Notes: generated from the sequence alone by a model not told the origin. DNA of 32,000 nt from Psychrobacter sp. HD31 (GCF_051097895.1 NZ_CP142525.1:570001-602000); one strand, 5' to 3'; counted from the first letter of the stretch, positions 9,670 through 19,660 are shown. Numbers and translations are program-made.

Positions 9670-11304
9670 TTATGATTGCTGTTTGCGGCGAAGTTTGTTT
9701 GACAACGCCCAAGCAGCATCTTTACGCATTTCTTCTGCCGTTGCTGCATTGCTTTTATCACCCAGTGATGACCAATGAGGCTTACTACGAGCCTTGCGTA
9801 ATATAGAAGGGATACGCTCTGGTTTCCAAGGTGCGATACTTTGCTCTTGCATCTCTGCGATTGGGGTGCTGTCGCTTGCTGCATGACCTCTGTGACGTAA
9901 TGCCACTAACAAATCCATAGAACGCGTTGCCAATAAAGTAATTGTCGCAGGGTCAATATGCAAGTGTTTTACCCCGCTAATCATTTCTGCAATTTTACCT
10001 GTGTTTGATAAAATACCACCTGCAATACCGCCAATGGCAGCGCCCAAACCAAGTGATGTACCTAAGGTTGCGGCATCAATACCCAACCCAACCAATGCAC
10101 CTGCTGCTGCACCTGAGGTGGTTCTTATACCATAACCTTTTAATACTTCGGGATCAAATGGATCTTGTTGATATTCATCTAACTTTAATGGCGTGGCAGA
10201 CACATCACTATCATAAAACTTATATAAGTTTAATAGCTGCTTTTGCATACTACGTTCGGCTTGTCTTACTGCTTCTTGCATTTCAGTTAAGATAGGCATT
10301 GGGTCATCTTTATCATCTACTTCTTTTACAAAACTGGCAACGTTAACCAAAAAATCTGCAATGATGATATTTGCGTCATCAAGCATCTGCGCCCAATTAG
10401 ATTCACGTGCATCAATCAACTGTCTTACAGTTTTTGCATTTGGCAACATGGTGGCAAGATTACGCCATAGTGTCATTTCATCATTAAACTCAAACGCAAC
10501 AGAGTCAAATCGAGTACTAATATGTAGGTTACGACGGGCTAACATATCTTGCCAGTCTTTAATATTGGCATCTTGGTTTTTCGTAAAGTTAAAAACGGGC
10601 ATCACAGGTATTGCTGCCCAAGAAAGTACAGTGAGCTCATCTTTATATTTACCAAGCACAGGTTCTCTTGCATCAATAACATAAATTGCCATATCACTTG
10701 CTAATAATTGACGAATTACCTTTGATTCTTGTGATAGGTCAAGTTCTGTCGGCATATCTGCATTGGCTTGTTCACTTGCTAAAAACAGTTGCAATCGCTC
10801 TATACCATCTCGGCGGCTTGCTGTATTGTCTTCTAACCAATCCATCACGCCAGAGGCATCTTCCAGTCCAGGTGTATCATACAAAGCGATATAATTTTGC
10901 CCAGTTAGGGCATTGCTAATTAGTGCTTGCTCTACATGGCGAGTCGTTGCAGATTCATTTTTTACTTCACCAAAATATTTATCACGCAGCAATGTACGTA
11001 ATATAGAGGTTTTACCCGTATTGGTGTGGCCAACCACAGCTAATTTTAAAACATCATTATCTTTTATTGGCACAGCTTTTGGTTGGTCTTCAATATTTGT
11101 TTGAGTATTAGAAGCTATTATCTGTAAGCTTTCAGCATCCTTGTTAGTTGGTGACGGGGGTTGATTGATGTTGTTTTGTGTAGATTGCTTAGCTTCTATC
11201 GAAGAGGCATCTTTTGGAAAGGCTTTATCAGAAAATAAGCCTTGATTACTATTTAATTGGGTAGACTCTTTGGCTGATTTATCATTTGTCATAACTTTTC
11301 TCAT
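9670..11304 (-). CDS. Uncharacterised P-loop GTPase with a C-terminal glycine-zipper membrane segment. It resembles proteins annotated as GTPase/DUF3482 domain-containing.
   Basis: The G1 motif is AVVGHTNTGKTSILRTLL and the G3 motif is LYDTPGLED. The C-terminal part contains GAAAGALVGLGIDAATLGTSLGLGAAIGGIAGGIL. The first ~85 aa are low-complexity (Q/N/S/P-rich). The track ORF starts at a GTG (11307), and ATGs follow at 11304 and 11292. The family assignment is from memory and not searched. Confidence 0.7.
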   Translation of the reverse strand: MRKVMTNDKSAKESTQLNSNQGLFSDKAFPKDASSIEAKQSTQNNINQPPSPTNKDAESLQIIASNTQTNIEDQPKAVPIKDNDVLKLAVVGHTNTGKTSILRTLLRDKYFGEVKNESATTRHVEQALISNALTGQNYIALYDTPGLEDASGVMDWLEDNTASRRDGIERLQLFLASEQANADMPTELDLSQESKVIRQLLASDMAIYVIDAREPVLGKYKDELTVLSWAAIPVMPVFNFTKNQDANIKDWQDMLARRNLHISTRFDSVAFEFNDEMTLWRNLATMLPNAKTVRQLIDARESNWAQMLDDANIIIADFLVNVASFVKEVDDKDDPMPILTEMQEAVRQAERSMQKQLLNLYKFYDSDVSATPLKLDEYQQDPFDPEVLKGYGIRTTSGAAAGALVGLGIDAATLGTSLGLGAAIGGIAGGILSNTGKIAEMISGVKHLHIDPATITLLATRSMDLLVALRHRGHAASDSTPIAEMQEQSIAPWKPERIPSILRKARSKPHWSSLGDKSNAATAEEMRKDAAWALSNKLRRKQQS

Positions 11305-11406
11305 CACGCTTTATTTATTTTTTACAAATCTTATTTAGATAAGCATAAAACAAATACATCTAACATCAATATCAATTTTGTTACTCACTATCAAAATAAC
11401 TCTGCG

Positions 11407-12786
11407 CTAATCAATAAACTTTTCAACCATCTGTTTTGCGTTTGTCCGAGAGTCTAAGACTGTTAGCAAAGTGTAAGCGCCAATAAATTTTCTGCTAATA
11501 AACATAAACTCTTTTGGTGGGATGCTAAATTCAAATGATTGCGCTGCCTCTCGTGCACGTTGCATAATCCTTGCATGCAAGTCACTGGTTGCCCAAATGT
11601 ATTTGCCATTATCATCGAGCCACACAAACTTATCTAATTTTTCGGCATTTGCCAATGGCTCAGTACCTAACAAAAATACATCCGCCATATCGGCTCTGAT
11701 ATTTAAACTCATTTTATTAAAAAACTCATAATTGGTATCAGACATGGCATCAATCATTTGCTGTTTATCATGATTATAACCAGCTAATAATAAAGATTGC
11801 GCAATACTTAGTAAATTATCATCAAATTGCCTAATTGCACCAAAATCTAATAATACAAGTTTATCTTGCTCATTGTCATTTTCAGCAAGCCTGACTAGAT
11901 AATTACCAAAGTTAGGATCGGTTTGCATTTCTCCCCAGGTAAAGATTTCACCTAGCATGATATCAATGGCAGATTGTCCAATACGATCACGTCTTTGTTG
12001 GCTGAGTGTTTTTAAGCGCGTATCAGAAATGGTCAAGCCCTGCTCAAACGTCATACAAATAATTTGAGGGCTAGAATACTCATCAATAATTTTGGGTACC
12101 ACATAGCGAGGGTCGTGTTGCAAACGTTGATAAAAGTCTTTGGTTGTTTTTGCCTCTAACGCATAATCAACTTCTCGGTAGAGTAAATCACGTATTTCAT
12201 TTATCCAAGTATCAAAAGCACGGGTTTGAGGAACCGCATTACTCACCTTCAATAGCTGTGTAAACATATTGAGGTCAGAATCAATCGCATCAGCAACGCC
12301 AGGGTACTGAATCTTTAGTACCACTTGTTCACCTGTTTGCTTGATGGTTGCTTTGTGTACTTGTGCCAAAGATGCCGTACCAATTGGTGTAGGGTCTATT
12401 TGTAAGTCATTGACTCTATTGCCTAATTGCTGGGCAATAACAGGTTGAATAATATGCCAAGATAGGGGTGCGGTATTATCATTGAGTGTATGTAAAGCTT
12501 GAGTGACTTCTGGCGGTAATAGATGCTCGCCATAAAGTGCCATCATTTGCCCAATTTTAACCACAGATCCTTTTAATTTACCAATCTCTTCTACCAAATA
12601 TTGGCTTTGCTCTTGCATAAAGGCTTGTTTACGCAATTGCCGTGTTTGTTTATCGACCAACAAACCACCAAGGCTATTGCTTGCCCAGCGCCTGCCAATA
12701 TTTAAAGAAGTTTTTGCCATTGACAAACGGCGGTCTAAACTCGAAGTTTTAAGTTTGTTTAGGGTAGGTTTGTTGGAATGCGCCAT
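11407..12786 (-). CDS. ABC1/ADCK (AarF/UbiB-type) atypical protein-kinase family protein
   Basis: The 459-aa ORF has a KxGQ-type block (LKGSVVKIGQMMA). It also has ASLAQVHKA...VVLKIQYPGV, a catalytic-loop-like QTDPNFGNYL and a DFG motif (LLDFGAI). No C-terminal TM helices of the kind expected in UbiB proper are evident. Confidence 0.8.
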   Translation of the reverse strand: MAHSNKPTLNKLKTSSLDRRLSMAKTSLNIGRRWASNSLGGLLVDKQTRQLRKQAFMQEQSQYLVEEIGKLKGSVVKIGQMMALYGEHLLPPEVTQALHTLNDNTAPLSWHIIQPVIAQQLGNRVNDLQIDPTPIGTASLAQVHKATIKQTGEQVVLKIQYPGVADAIDSDLNMFTQLLKVSNAVPQTRAFDTWINEIRDLLYREVDYALEAKTTKDFYQRLQHDPRYVVPKIIDEYSSPQIICMTFEQGLTISDTRLKTLSQQRRDRIGQSAIDIMLGEIFTWGEMQTDPNFGNYLVRLAENDNEQDKLVLLDFGAIRQFDDNLLSIAQSLLLAGYNHDKQQMIDAMSDTNYEFFNKMSLNIRADMADVFLLGTEPLANAEKLDKFVWLDDNGKYIWATSDLHARIMQRAREAAQSFEFSIPPKEFMFISRKFIGAYTLLTVLDSRTNAKQMVEKFID

Positions 12787-12816
12787 AAAAAATCATCAAA
12801 CGGTTAAAAAATAAAA

Positions 12817-12854
12817 CACCAAAAAGTTAAAGCTGAGTAAATACCCAGCTTAAC
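12817..12854 (-). terminator. Intrinsic terminator downstream of purD
   Basis: The minus strand reads gttaagctgggtatttactcagctttaac followed by tttttggtgttttatttttt, which is a hairpin plus a T-rich tail. It separates purD from the ABC1-kinase gene. Confidence 0.65.
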
Positions 12855-12865
12855 CTTTTATAAAA

Positions 12866-14158
12866 TCATCGATTAATTGCACGATAGCCAATGTCACGAC
12901 GATAATGCATGCCATCAAAATCAATATTTTTAATTGCATTAATGGCGGCAACTTGCGCAGCAGCAATGTCTTCAGCTAATGCGGTTACACACAATACACG
13001 CCCGCCATTAGTCACTAAGTTTTGGTTGTCATCCAATGCAGTACCCGCATGGAAAACCTTAAGGTCATCATTATCAATGTTTTGTAAGCCTGTAATGACA
13101 TCACCTGATGACGAGCTTTCTGGATAACCTTTTGATGCCAGTACCACACCTAAGGCTGGTCTATCATCCCATACTGCTGAGCTAGGTAAGTTCCCCTCAA
13201 TACCTGCCTCAATTAAATCAACTAACGATGATTTTAAACGCATCATGATTGGCTGTGTTTCTGGATCACCAAAACGGCAGTTAAACTCAATAACATACGG
13301 ATCATTTTGCTCATCAATCATTAATCCTGCATATAAAAAGCCAGTATATGGATTGCCAGTGTCCTTCATTTTTTGTACAACAGGGCGTATCACACGTTCT
13401 ATTACTTTTTGATGAACTTCATCAGTAACAACAGGTGCAGGAGAATAAGCACCCATACCACCTGTGTTAAGACCTGTGTCACCTTCACCAACACGTTTAT
13501 GGTCTTGGCTGGTTGCCATCGGCAAAATGTTGTCACCATCTATCATGCAAATAAAGCTGGCTTCTTCACCTGTTAAAAATTGCTCAATAACAACACGACT
13601 TCCGGCATCACCAAATTTGTTGTCTGCCAGCATGTCATCAATTGCTTCATATGCCATTTCAATGGTTTCAGCAACAATCACGCCTTTACCTGCTGCCAAA
13701 CCATCTGCTTTTACAACAATAGGGGCGCCTTGCTGGCTAACATACTGCTTGGCTTCTTCGGCATTTGTAAAACCTTGATAGGCTGCCGTTGGTATCTTGT
13801 TTTGTAGCATAAACTCTTTGGCAAAAGTTTTTGAGCCTTCTAATTGAGCGCAATAGGCGCTAGGACCCCAAATTTTAATACCTGCTTTACGGCAGTCATC
13901 AACAACCCCTGCCACTAATGGTGCTTCTGGACCCACAATCACCATATCAATATTATTTTCTTGGCAAAAATTGATAATAGCGTCATGATCTGTAGTCGTT
14001 AAATCTATATTTTTACATTTTTTTTCTGTGGCTGTACCGGCATTGCCACCAGCAACATAAACGGTATTTACTTTTTCATCCTTAGCACACTGCCATGCTA
14101 GGGCATGTTCACGACCACCATTACCAATTACAAGTAAGTTCATAAATTTATTCGCCAT
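12866..14158 (-). CDS. purD: Phosphoribosylamine--glycine ligase
   Basis: The ORF shows MNLLVIGNGGREHALAW, an ATP-grasp core and a C-terminal GGRVL block. The true start may instead be the second ATG at 14143 (MNLLVIG...). Confidence 0.93.
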   Translation of the reverse strand: MANKFMNLLVIGNGGREHALAWQCAKDEKVNTVYVAGGNAGTATEKKCKNIDLTTTDHDAIINFCQENNIDMVIVGPEAPLVAGVVDDCRKAGIKIWGPSAYCAQLEGSKTFAKEFMLQNKIPTAAYQGFTNAEEAKQYVSQQGAPIVVKADGLAAGKGVIVAETIEMAYEAIDDMLADNKFGDAGSRVVIEQFLTGEEASFICMIDGDNILPMATSQDHKRVGEGDTGLNTGGMGAYSPAPVVTDEVHQKVIERVIRPVVQKMKDTGNPYTGFLYAGLMIDEQNDPYVIEFNCRFGDPETQPIMMRLKSSLVDLIEAGIEGNLPSSAVWDDRPALGVVLASKGYPESSSSGDVITGLQNIDNDDLKVFHAGTALDDNQNLVTNGGRVLCVTALAEDIAAAQVAAINAIKNIDFDGMHYRRDIGYRAINR

Positions 14159-14284
14159 AAAGTCTGGTTATAGAAAGTTCAATTGTATCAAAAACAGGGT
14201 AGGTTGAATATGCTTTTGAGTGACACGATAAAAATTAGCAAGTCATAGATTGTGATTTGCTTGATAATTAAAGCGTTGATTGAG

Positions 14285-15256
14285 TTAAAAACAATGATTG
14301 ATGATTAAACTCACAATAAAAGGTTGATAATAATCTGGGATATCATGCCCCATACCTTCAATTAAATGGAATTTAGCATCTGGAATGGTTTTAGCAATAT
14401 CTCGTCCATGACTTGTTGGTACCAAACCGTCTTCACTGCCGTGCATGACAATGGTAGGCACCTTAATTTGTTCACTATATTTGCTGATAGAGCCGGTTGC
14501 CAAAATTGCCTGTAGTTGCTGTAACGACCCGCGAGGATAAAAGCATCTATCATATCTTATTTTGGCAGTTTCTCTCACGCGCTTTATATTAACATGCCCA
14601 GGTGAGCCAACCGCATTCATAAACCAAACACTGTGGCGTATGAAGTCTTTTTCAGAAAAACTGGCAGGGCGATTAAAAAATGTCATTAACTGCTTGGTTT
14701 TAGGGACTCTTAAAAACTTGCGATTGGTTGTACTAAACAACAGCATTAAACGATGAATATGCTCAGGATGCTTTGCGGTTAAAATTTGAGAAATGATACC
14801 ACCCATCGAGGCGCCCAATAAGTTGATATCTTTAAGGTTTAATCTTTTAATAAGCCGATGGGCATCATCCGCCATATCAACTAAATTATAGGGCACTGGT
14901 TCGGCATGGTTACTCACACCAAATTGCATTTTTAACATCATCTTGACACGGTTTGGTTTAGGCAGTTGTGGTACTTTAATTTTAGTTGATAAACCTACAT
15001 CTCGGTTATCAAACCGCACCACAAAAAAACCAGCATCTAGCAGTTTGTTCACAAAGTTATTAGGCCAAAAAACCATTTGCGACCCCAAACCAAGCAATAA
15101 CAAAAGTGTTGGGTTGTTAGGATTGCCTGCAACTTCGACACTTAAACTTATGTTATTGCCAATATCCACCATAGCATGACGAAAACCTTTTGTAAGTTTT
15201 GAGTCTTCCCAAATAAGTCCTGATTGTTGTTCCCAATTGCTGAGTGCGTTTTTCAT
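14285..15256 (-). CDS. Alpha/beta-fold hydrolase
   Basis: The 323-aa ORF has a nucleophile elbow GASMGG, acid and His motifs (HGSEDGLV, GMGHD) and an oxyanion-region LLLLLGLGS. Confidence 0.8.
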   Translation of the reverse strand: MKNALSNWEQQSGLIWEDSKLTKGFRHAMVDIGNNISLSVEVAGNPNNPTLLLLLGLGSQMVFWPNNFVNKLLDAGFFVVRFDNRDVGLSTKIKVPQLPKPNRVKMMLKMQFGVSNHAEPVPYNLVDMADDAHRLIKRLNLKDINLLGASMGGIISQILTAKHPEHIHRLMLLFSTTNRKFLRVPKTKQLMTFFNRPASFSEKDFIRHSVWFMNAVGSPGHVNIKRVRETAKIRYDRCFYPRGSLQQLQAILATGSISKYSEQIKVPTIVMHGSEDGLVPTSHGRDIAKTIPDAKFHLIEGMGHDIPDYYQPFIVSLIINHCF

Positions 15257-15472
15257 ATTACATATTTAATTGATGATTAAATTAAAGTTAGTTTACACTT
15301 GTATTCTTATTTTGCAAGCTAATCAATCACATTATTGTGGAATAAAGATATTAAGATTGAGTAACTGTATGTACAGCTGGATATATGATATTATAGAGGC
15401 TTTGGGTCACCAAAATAATCATTCATTAATTTTTTTAAACCATCTTTTATATCAATGATAAATAAGGTTAAC

Positions 15473-15997
15473 ATGACTTCATCATCAAGTTCACATCCAT
15501 TGTGGCAAGCAATTCGTACAGTTCCAGATTTTCCTAAACCAGGTATCGATTTTTATGATATTACGCCGTTATTACGCAACCATGTCAATGAAGTCATTGA
15601 CGCATTATTAGAAGCACTCCCAACTGGGCTAATGGATGACATAGACTGTTTAGTGGCAATTGAAGCTCGTGGTTTTGTGTTTGCAAGCTTGTTGGCAGGT
15701 AGACTTGGCAAAAGCTTAATTTTATTAAGAAAACCAGGTAAGTTGCCACCACCGGTTGCTAACAAAGCCTATGCATTAGAATACGGTGAAGATACGCTTG
15801 AGATCCAAGATGATTTGGACCCTGCAAAAGTTTTGTTGGTTGATGATATTTTAGCAACTGGTGGTACTTTAAAAACAGCATTAGAACTTTGTAAAAGTGC
15901 AGGGCACTCGGTTGAAGGCGTTTTGGTGTTACTTGATTTGGTTAACTTGCATGAAAAATTCCCAGCGCCTGTTTATACAGTGCTAGAAGCTGAGTAA
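15473..15997 (+). CDS. apt: Adenine phosphoribosyltransferase
   Basis: The ORF shows DFPKPGIDFYDITPLL, AIEARGF and the PRPP loop VLLVDDILATGGT. The ATG at 15473 has an aagg SD 5 nt upstream, so I prefer it over the track start at 15455. Confidence 0.92.
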   Translation: MTSSSSSHPLWQAIRTVPDFPKPGIDFYDITPLLRNHVNEVIDALLEALPTGLMDDIDCLVAIEARGFVFASLLAGRLGKSLILLRKPGKLPPPVANKAYALEYGEDTLEIQDDLDPAKVLLVDDILATGGTLKTALELCKSAGHSVEGVLVLLDLVNLHEKFPAPVYTVLEAE

Positions 15998-16075
15998 TAG
16001 CAACACATTTTTACTTTTAATGGATATATCTGTGCCAACTATTGGCAATAAAAATGACCATTAATTTAAATGACC

Positions 16076-16116
16076 AAAAAAAGAGGTGCTCTCAATTATG
16101 ACACCACCTCTTTTTT
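16076..16116. terminator. Bidirectional Rho-independent terminator between convergent apt and transaldolase
   Basis: The sequence is aaaaa-aagaggtg...cacctctt-tttt. It forms an 8-bp stem that can be extended by A/T pairs, with an A-run on the left and a T-run on the right. Confidence 0.75.
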
Positions 16117-16154
16117 GATATGTTTTGGTTAATATGGTTTTTTACCATAACATC

Positions 16155-17087
16155 CTATCGGCTTGCTTTTAACGCATTTACTAAATCTTCACGCGCTGCA
16201 ATAAATCCATCAATACCTTTAGGCAATAAACTATTTGCTATCGCATCTTGCTTTTGCGCTATCTCAAAACCTTGCTGATCAAAGCTCACTTTTGCCATAT
16301 CTTCCATCACCATTTGAGCTGAAAGCTTGCGCTCAATTTGCGTATCTAACGTATTAAGCTCATCAATTAAGTTTGGTGCAATGGTTAATAAATCACAACC
16401 TGCTAATGCAATAATTTGGTCCACATTACGGAAGCTCGCCCCCATAACTTGTGTGTTATAACCATGTTGTTTGTAGTATTGATAAATGCTTGAGACAGAT
16501 AAAACGCCTTTATCTTCGCTTACAGGAATATCGGTACGATTCTCATCAGCTTTTTGCCAGTCTAATATACGACCAACAAATGGAGAAATTAAAGTGATAC
16601 CTGCATCAGCGCAAGCAACCGCTTGGTGCATACCAAATAAAAGGGTTAAATTACAATGGATACCTTGTTTTTCTAGTGCTTCAGCAGCTTTTATTCCTTC
16701 CCAAGTAGAGGCGACTTTAATTAATATACGCTCTTTATCAACACCTGCTTTTGAATAAGCATCAATATATTCTAGTGCTTTATCAATAGTGGCTTGCGTA
16801 TTGTAAGAGAGACGAGCATCTACTTCGGTAGAAACACGTCCTTCAATCAATTTTAAAATATCACAACCAATATTAATCGTTAGCTCATCAATTACTTTGT
16901 CAACATCGCCAGCATATTTGTACATGGTATCGGCTAATAACACTTGTTTTTCTGGCGTAGTTAACGCTTTCGTGATCAAACTTGGGTTAGTGGTAGCATC
17001 AACCGGTTTTAAACGGGAAATTGCCTCTAAGTCACCCGTATCGGCAACAATAGTGGTCATATTTTTTAATTGTGAAAGAGCTGTCAT
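16155..17087 (-). CDS. tal: Transaldolase (TalB type)
   Basis: The ORF shows [28 protein letters not shown] and the Schiff-base region [12 protein letters not shown]. It is 310 aa long. Confidence 0.93.
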   Translation of the reverse strand: MTALSQLKNMTTIVADTGDLEAISRLKPVDATTNPSLITKALTTPEKQVLLADTMYKYAGDVDKVIDELTINIGCDILKLIEGRVSTEVDARLSYNTQATIDKALEYIDAYSKAGVDKERILIKVASTWEGIKAAEALEKQGIHCNLTLLFGMHQAVACADAGITLISPFVGRILDWQKADENRTDIPVSEDKGVLSVSSIYQYYKQHGYNTQVMGASFRNVDQIIALAGCDLLTIAPNLIDELNTLDTQIERKLSAQMVMEDMAKVSFDQQGFEIAQKQDAIANSLLPKGIDGFIAAREDLVNALKASR

Positions 17088-17281
17088 AGCATTACCTTTT
17101 TATTTTTTAAACATTAGAAAAACGATGTGAATAATCATAGCATTTTTTATTGCTATAATAAAAAAATATCAAAACTAAGTATAAAAAATTGGTTATATCT
17201 TTTTTGTTTTATAAACAATTTTGTTATACTCAACAACAATGAAAAGTTAACTTTTTTAAATAATAAATAAATGAGACCTTC

Positions 17282-18370
17282 ATGAACAAAACCACCAATC
17301 TAAATGAATTACGAAAACAAATAGATAGCCTAGATAACCAAATACAGCAGCTTTTGAATCAAAGAGCTAATGTTGCAGGGCAAGTAGCAGACGCTAAAAA
17401 GGAAGATGAAGACCATCCCATTTTTTACCGCCCAGAGCGAGAAGCTCAAGTATTAAAAGCGGTGATGGAACGCAATGAAGGTCCAATCAGTGATGAAAAA
17501 ATGGCAAGACTTTTCCGTGAGATTATGTCTATTTGCCTAGATTTAGAAGCACCACAGGTCATTGCGTATTTAGGGCCTGCCGGCACATTTACGCATGCAG
17601 CGGCATTAAAACATTTTGGTAATGCAGCAACAACACGCCCGCTAACCACAATTAATGATGTGTTTAGAGAGGTAGAAGCAGGAACAGCCATGTATGGTGT
17701 TGTCCCTGTAGAAAACTCATCAGAAGGGGTTGTTAACCATACCTTAGATGGATTTGTTTCTTCATCTTTGCGTATTATTGGCGAGGTAGAACTGCCAATT
17801 CATCATAACTTTTTGGTTGCAGAACACACAAAAACTGACAGCTTAAGTAAAATTTATGCGCATCAACAAGCATTAGCACAATGCCGCCGCTGGTTAGACA
17901 TTAACTTCCCTAATGTTGAGCGAGTTGCCGTATCCAGTAATGGAGAAGCTGCACGTCGCCTTAAAAATGAATGGCATAGCGCAGCGATTGCAGGCAATGT
18001 TGCTGCCGCTGAATATGATTTACACCGTTTGCATAAAAACATAGAAGACAACCCAAACAATAGCACCCGCTTTTTAATTGTTGGGCAAGAACCAATTGCG
18101 CCATCTGGTCAAGATAAAACCTCTATTTTAGTATCTGCACATGATAAATCAGGCGCGTTATTTGAAATCTTAGAACCATTCCATAAACATGGTGTTTCTT
18201 TAACCAGTATAGAAACCCGACCTGAGCGTCCTAATAAGTGGGCTTATGTATTTTTTATCGACATGGAAGGGCATATTGAAGATGAGCATGTTAAAAATGC
18301 TTTAGCAGACATAGAAAAAATTGTAAAAGAATTACGTGTGCTTGGCTCTTACCCTAAAGCCGTTTTGTAA
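17282..18370 (+). CDS. pheA: Bifunctional chorismate mutase / prephenate dehydratase (P-protein)
   Basis: The N-terminal CM_2 helix is LRKQIDSLDNQIQQLLNQRA. The PDT domain shows IAYLGPAGTFTH and VPVENSSEGVV. The C-terminal ACT domain shows the TRF and ESRP-like ETRP motifs. Confidence 0.92.
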   Translation: MNKTTNLNELRKQIDSLDNQIQQLLNQRANVAGQVADAKKEDEDHPIFYRPEREAQVLKAVMERNEGPISDEKMARLFREIMSICLDLEAPQVIAYLGPAGTFTHAAALKHFGNAATTRPLTTINDVFREVEAGTAMYGVVPVENSSEGVVNHTLDGFVSSSLRIIGEVELPIHHNFLVAEHTKTDSLSKIYAHQQALAQCRRWLDINFPNVERVAVSSNGEAARRLKNEWHSAAIAGNVAAAEYDLHRLHKNIEDNPNNSTRFLIVGQEPIAPSGQDKTSILVSAHDKSGALFEILEPFHKHGVSLTSIETRPERPNKWAYVFFIDMEGHIEDEHVKNALADIEKIVKELRVLGSYPKAVL

Positions 18371-18402
18371 ATCAACTTACTCTATTTTTTGATAGCATAA
18401 CT

Positions 18403-18437
18403 AAAGGGTGGGCACAGTCATTGTACCACCTTTTTTT
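18403..18437 (+). terminator. Intrinsic terminator between pheA and hisC
   Basis: The sequence is aaagggtgg-(14 nt)-ccaccttttttt. It is followed immediately by tgtgTATAAT (18441..18446), a consensus -10 hexamer. Confidence 0.6.
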
Positions 18438-18482
18438 GTGTATAATACTATTTTTAGTTTTAAAGCGATTTTAAGGAATGAC

Positions 18483-19574
18483 ATGCAGATACAACCGGCA
18501 TATCCCACCATTAACGAACTGCAAGCTTACCCCGCAGGCAAGCCATTAGAAGAATTTAAAAGAGAATATGGCATTGAAGATGTCATTAAACTGGCAAGTA
18601 ATGAAAACCCATTGGGTTGCTCATCTCACGTCACCCTGGCTATTGTACAAGAGTTAGCTCAATTAGCACGCTATCCTGATAGTAATGCCCATAATATTAA
18701 ACAAGCATTGTCAGAATTTCATGATTTACCGATAGAGTATTTTACAATAGGCAATGGTTCTGAAGAGCTAATTAATCTGATTACTCGCTGTTTTGTGAGT
18801 AGTAATGATGCGGTTGTTTTTGGGCAATATTCATTTATTGCTTATCCATTAGTAACAGCAGCGCAAGGGGCAACTAAAATTGAAGTCCCTGCAAAAAATT
18901 ATGGCATAGATTTAGATGCCATGCTGGATGCAATTAAAACCAATGAAGAAAAAGTTAAAGTTGTTTTTATTGCTAACCCCAATAACCCGACTGGCACCAT
19001 TTTAACCAAAGAACAAATCCATAATTTTTTACAAAAAGTGCCACCATCCGTGTTAGTGGTGTTAGATGAAGCTTATGTTGATTATGATACATCGGCAGAT
19101 GCACAAGAATTTGTACAACAATTTGATAATGTGATTGTTTTGCGTACTTTTTCTAAGGCATATGGCTTAGCAGGGGTAAGGATTGGCTATGCCATTGCAA
19201 ACCCTGAAATTAATGATATTTTTAATCGTGTTCGCCAACCCTTTAATGTTAACTGTGTTGCCCAAGCCGCCGCAGTTGCTGCCATTACTGACCGTGACTT
19301 TGTTAACACGGTTAAAACCACCACCGCTGATAAACGTAAGTGGTTTTACAAACAATTTGATGCTTTAGGTTTAAACTATGTTAAATCACACACCAACTTT
19401 ATTTTAGTGCAAATTGATAATGCCAGTGATATTAACCAAAAACTACTTGAGCAAGGTATTATTATTAGGCCAATGGATGAGTATGGATTGGATAACTGGA
19501 TCCGAGTAAGTATGGGAACAGAAGTTGAAAATATTCGCTTTATAGATTCTTTAAAAGACTTATTGAGTGCATAA
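18483..19574 (+). CDS. hisC: Histidinol-phosphate / aromatic aminotransferase (class II, HisC family)
   Basis: The ORF shows KLASNENPLG, NPNNPTG and the PLP-lysine block RTFSKAYGLAGVRIGY. The track ORF begins at a GTG (18408) that lies inside the upstream terminator hairpin. The ATG at 18483 is preceded by an aagga SD, so I prefer it. Confidence 0.9.
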   Translation: MQIQPAYPTINELQAYPAGKPLEEFKREYGIEDVIKLASNENPLGCSSHVTLAIVQELAQLARYPDSNAHNIKQALSEFHDLPIEYFTIGNGSEELINLITRCFVSSNDAVVFGQYSFIAYPLVTAAQGATKIEVPAKNYGIDLDAMLDAIKTNEEKVKVVFIANPNNPTGTILTKEQIHNFLQKVPPSVLVVLDEAYVDYDTSADAQEFVQQFDNVIVLRTFSKAYGLAGVRIGYAIANPEINDIFNRVRQPFNVNCVAQAAAVAAITDRDFVNTVKTTTADKRKWFYKQFDALGLNYVKSHTNFILVQIDNASDINQKLLEQGIIIRPMDEYGLDNWIRVSMGTEVENIRFIDSLKDLLSA

Positions 19575-19592
19575 AAGATAGGCTTTTAGCTA

Positions 19593-19628
19593 AAAGAGCG
19601 GTCTAATCCATTGATTAGACCGCTCTTT
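19593..19628. terminator. Bidirectional terminator between convergent hisC and the ABC substrate-binding-protein gene
   Basis: A perfect 14-bp stem pairs agagcggtctaatc with gattagaccgctct around a 4-nt loop. It is flanked by aaa on the left and ttt on the right. Confidence 0.8.
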
Positions 19629-19660
19629 ATAATTTTATAAATGCATTGAATACCCTGTTT

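Noticed and set aside
13373-13807. Several plus-strand ORFs of 67-104 aa antisense to purD. Similar ones occur in aroA (24039..24404), degS-like (8814..9104), the GTPase gene (10005..11104) and pheA (17446..18066).
   Set aside because: All are nested in strongly supported genes on the other strand or in another frame. They have low-complexity translations and no independent signals.
16052-16076. The direct repeat aaatgacca occurs twice, 16 nt apart, just upstream of the apt/tal bidirectional terminator.
   Set aside because: It is short and AT-rich, lies in a convergent 3' region with no promoter to regulate, and has no further copies in the window.
17088-17281. I searched the region upstream of pheA for a Phe-rich leader peptide and attenuator of the pheL type.
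   Set aside because: The only ORF is a 3-codon one (ATG AAA AGT TAA). There is no run of Phe codons and no alternative hairpins. The region looks like plain AT-rich divergent promoter DNA.
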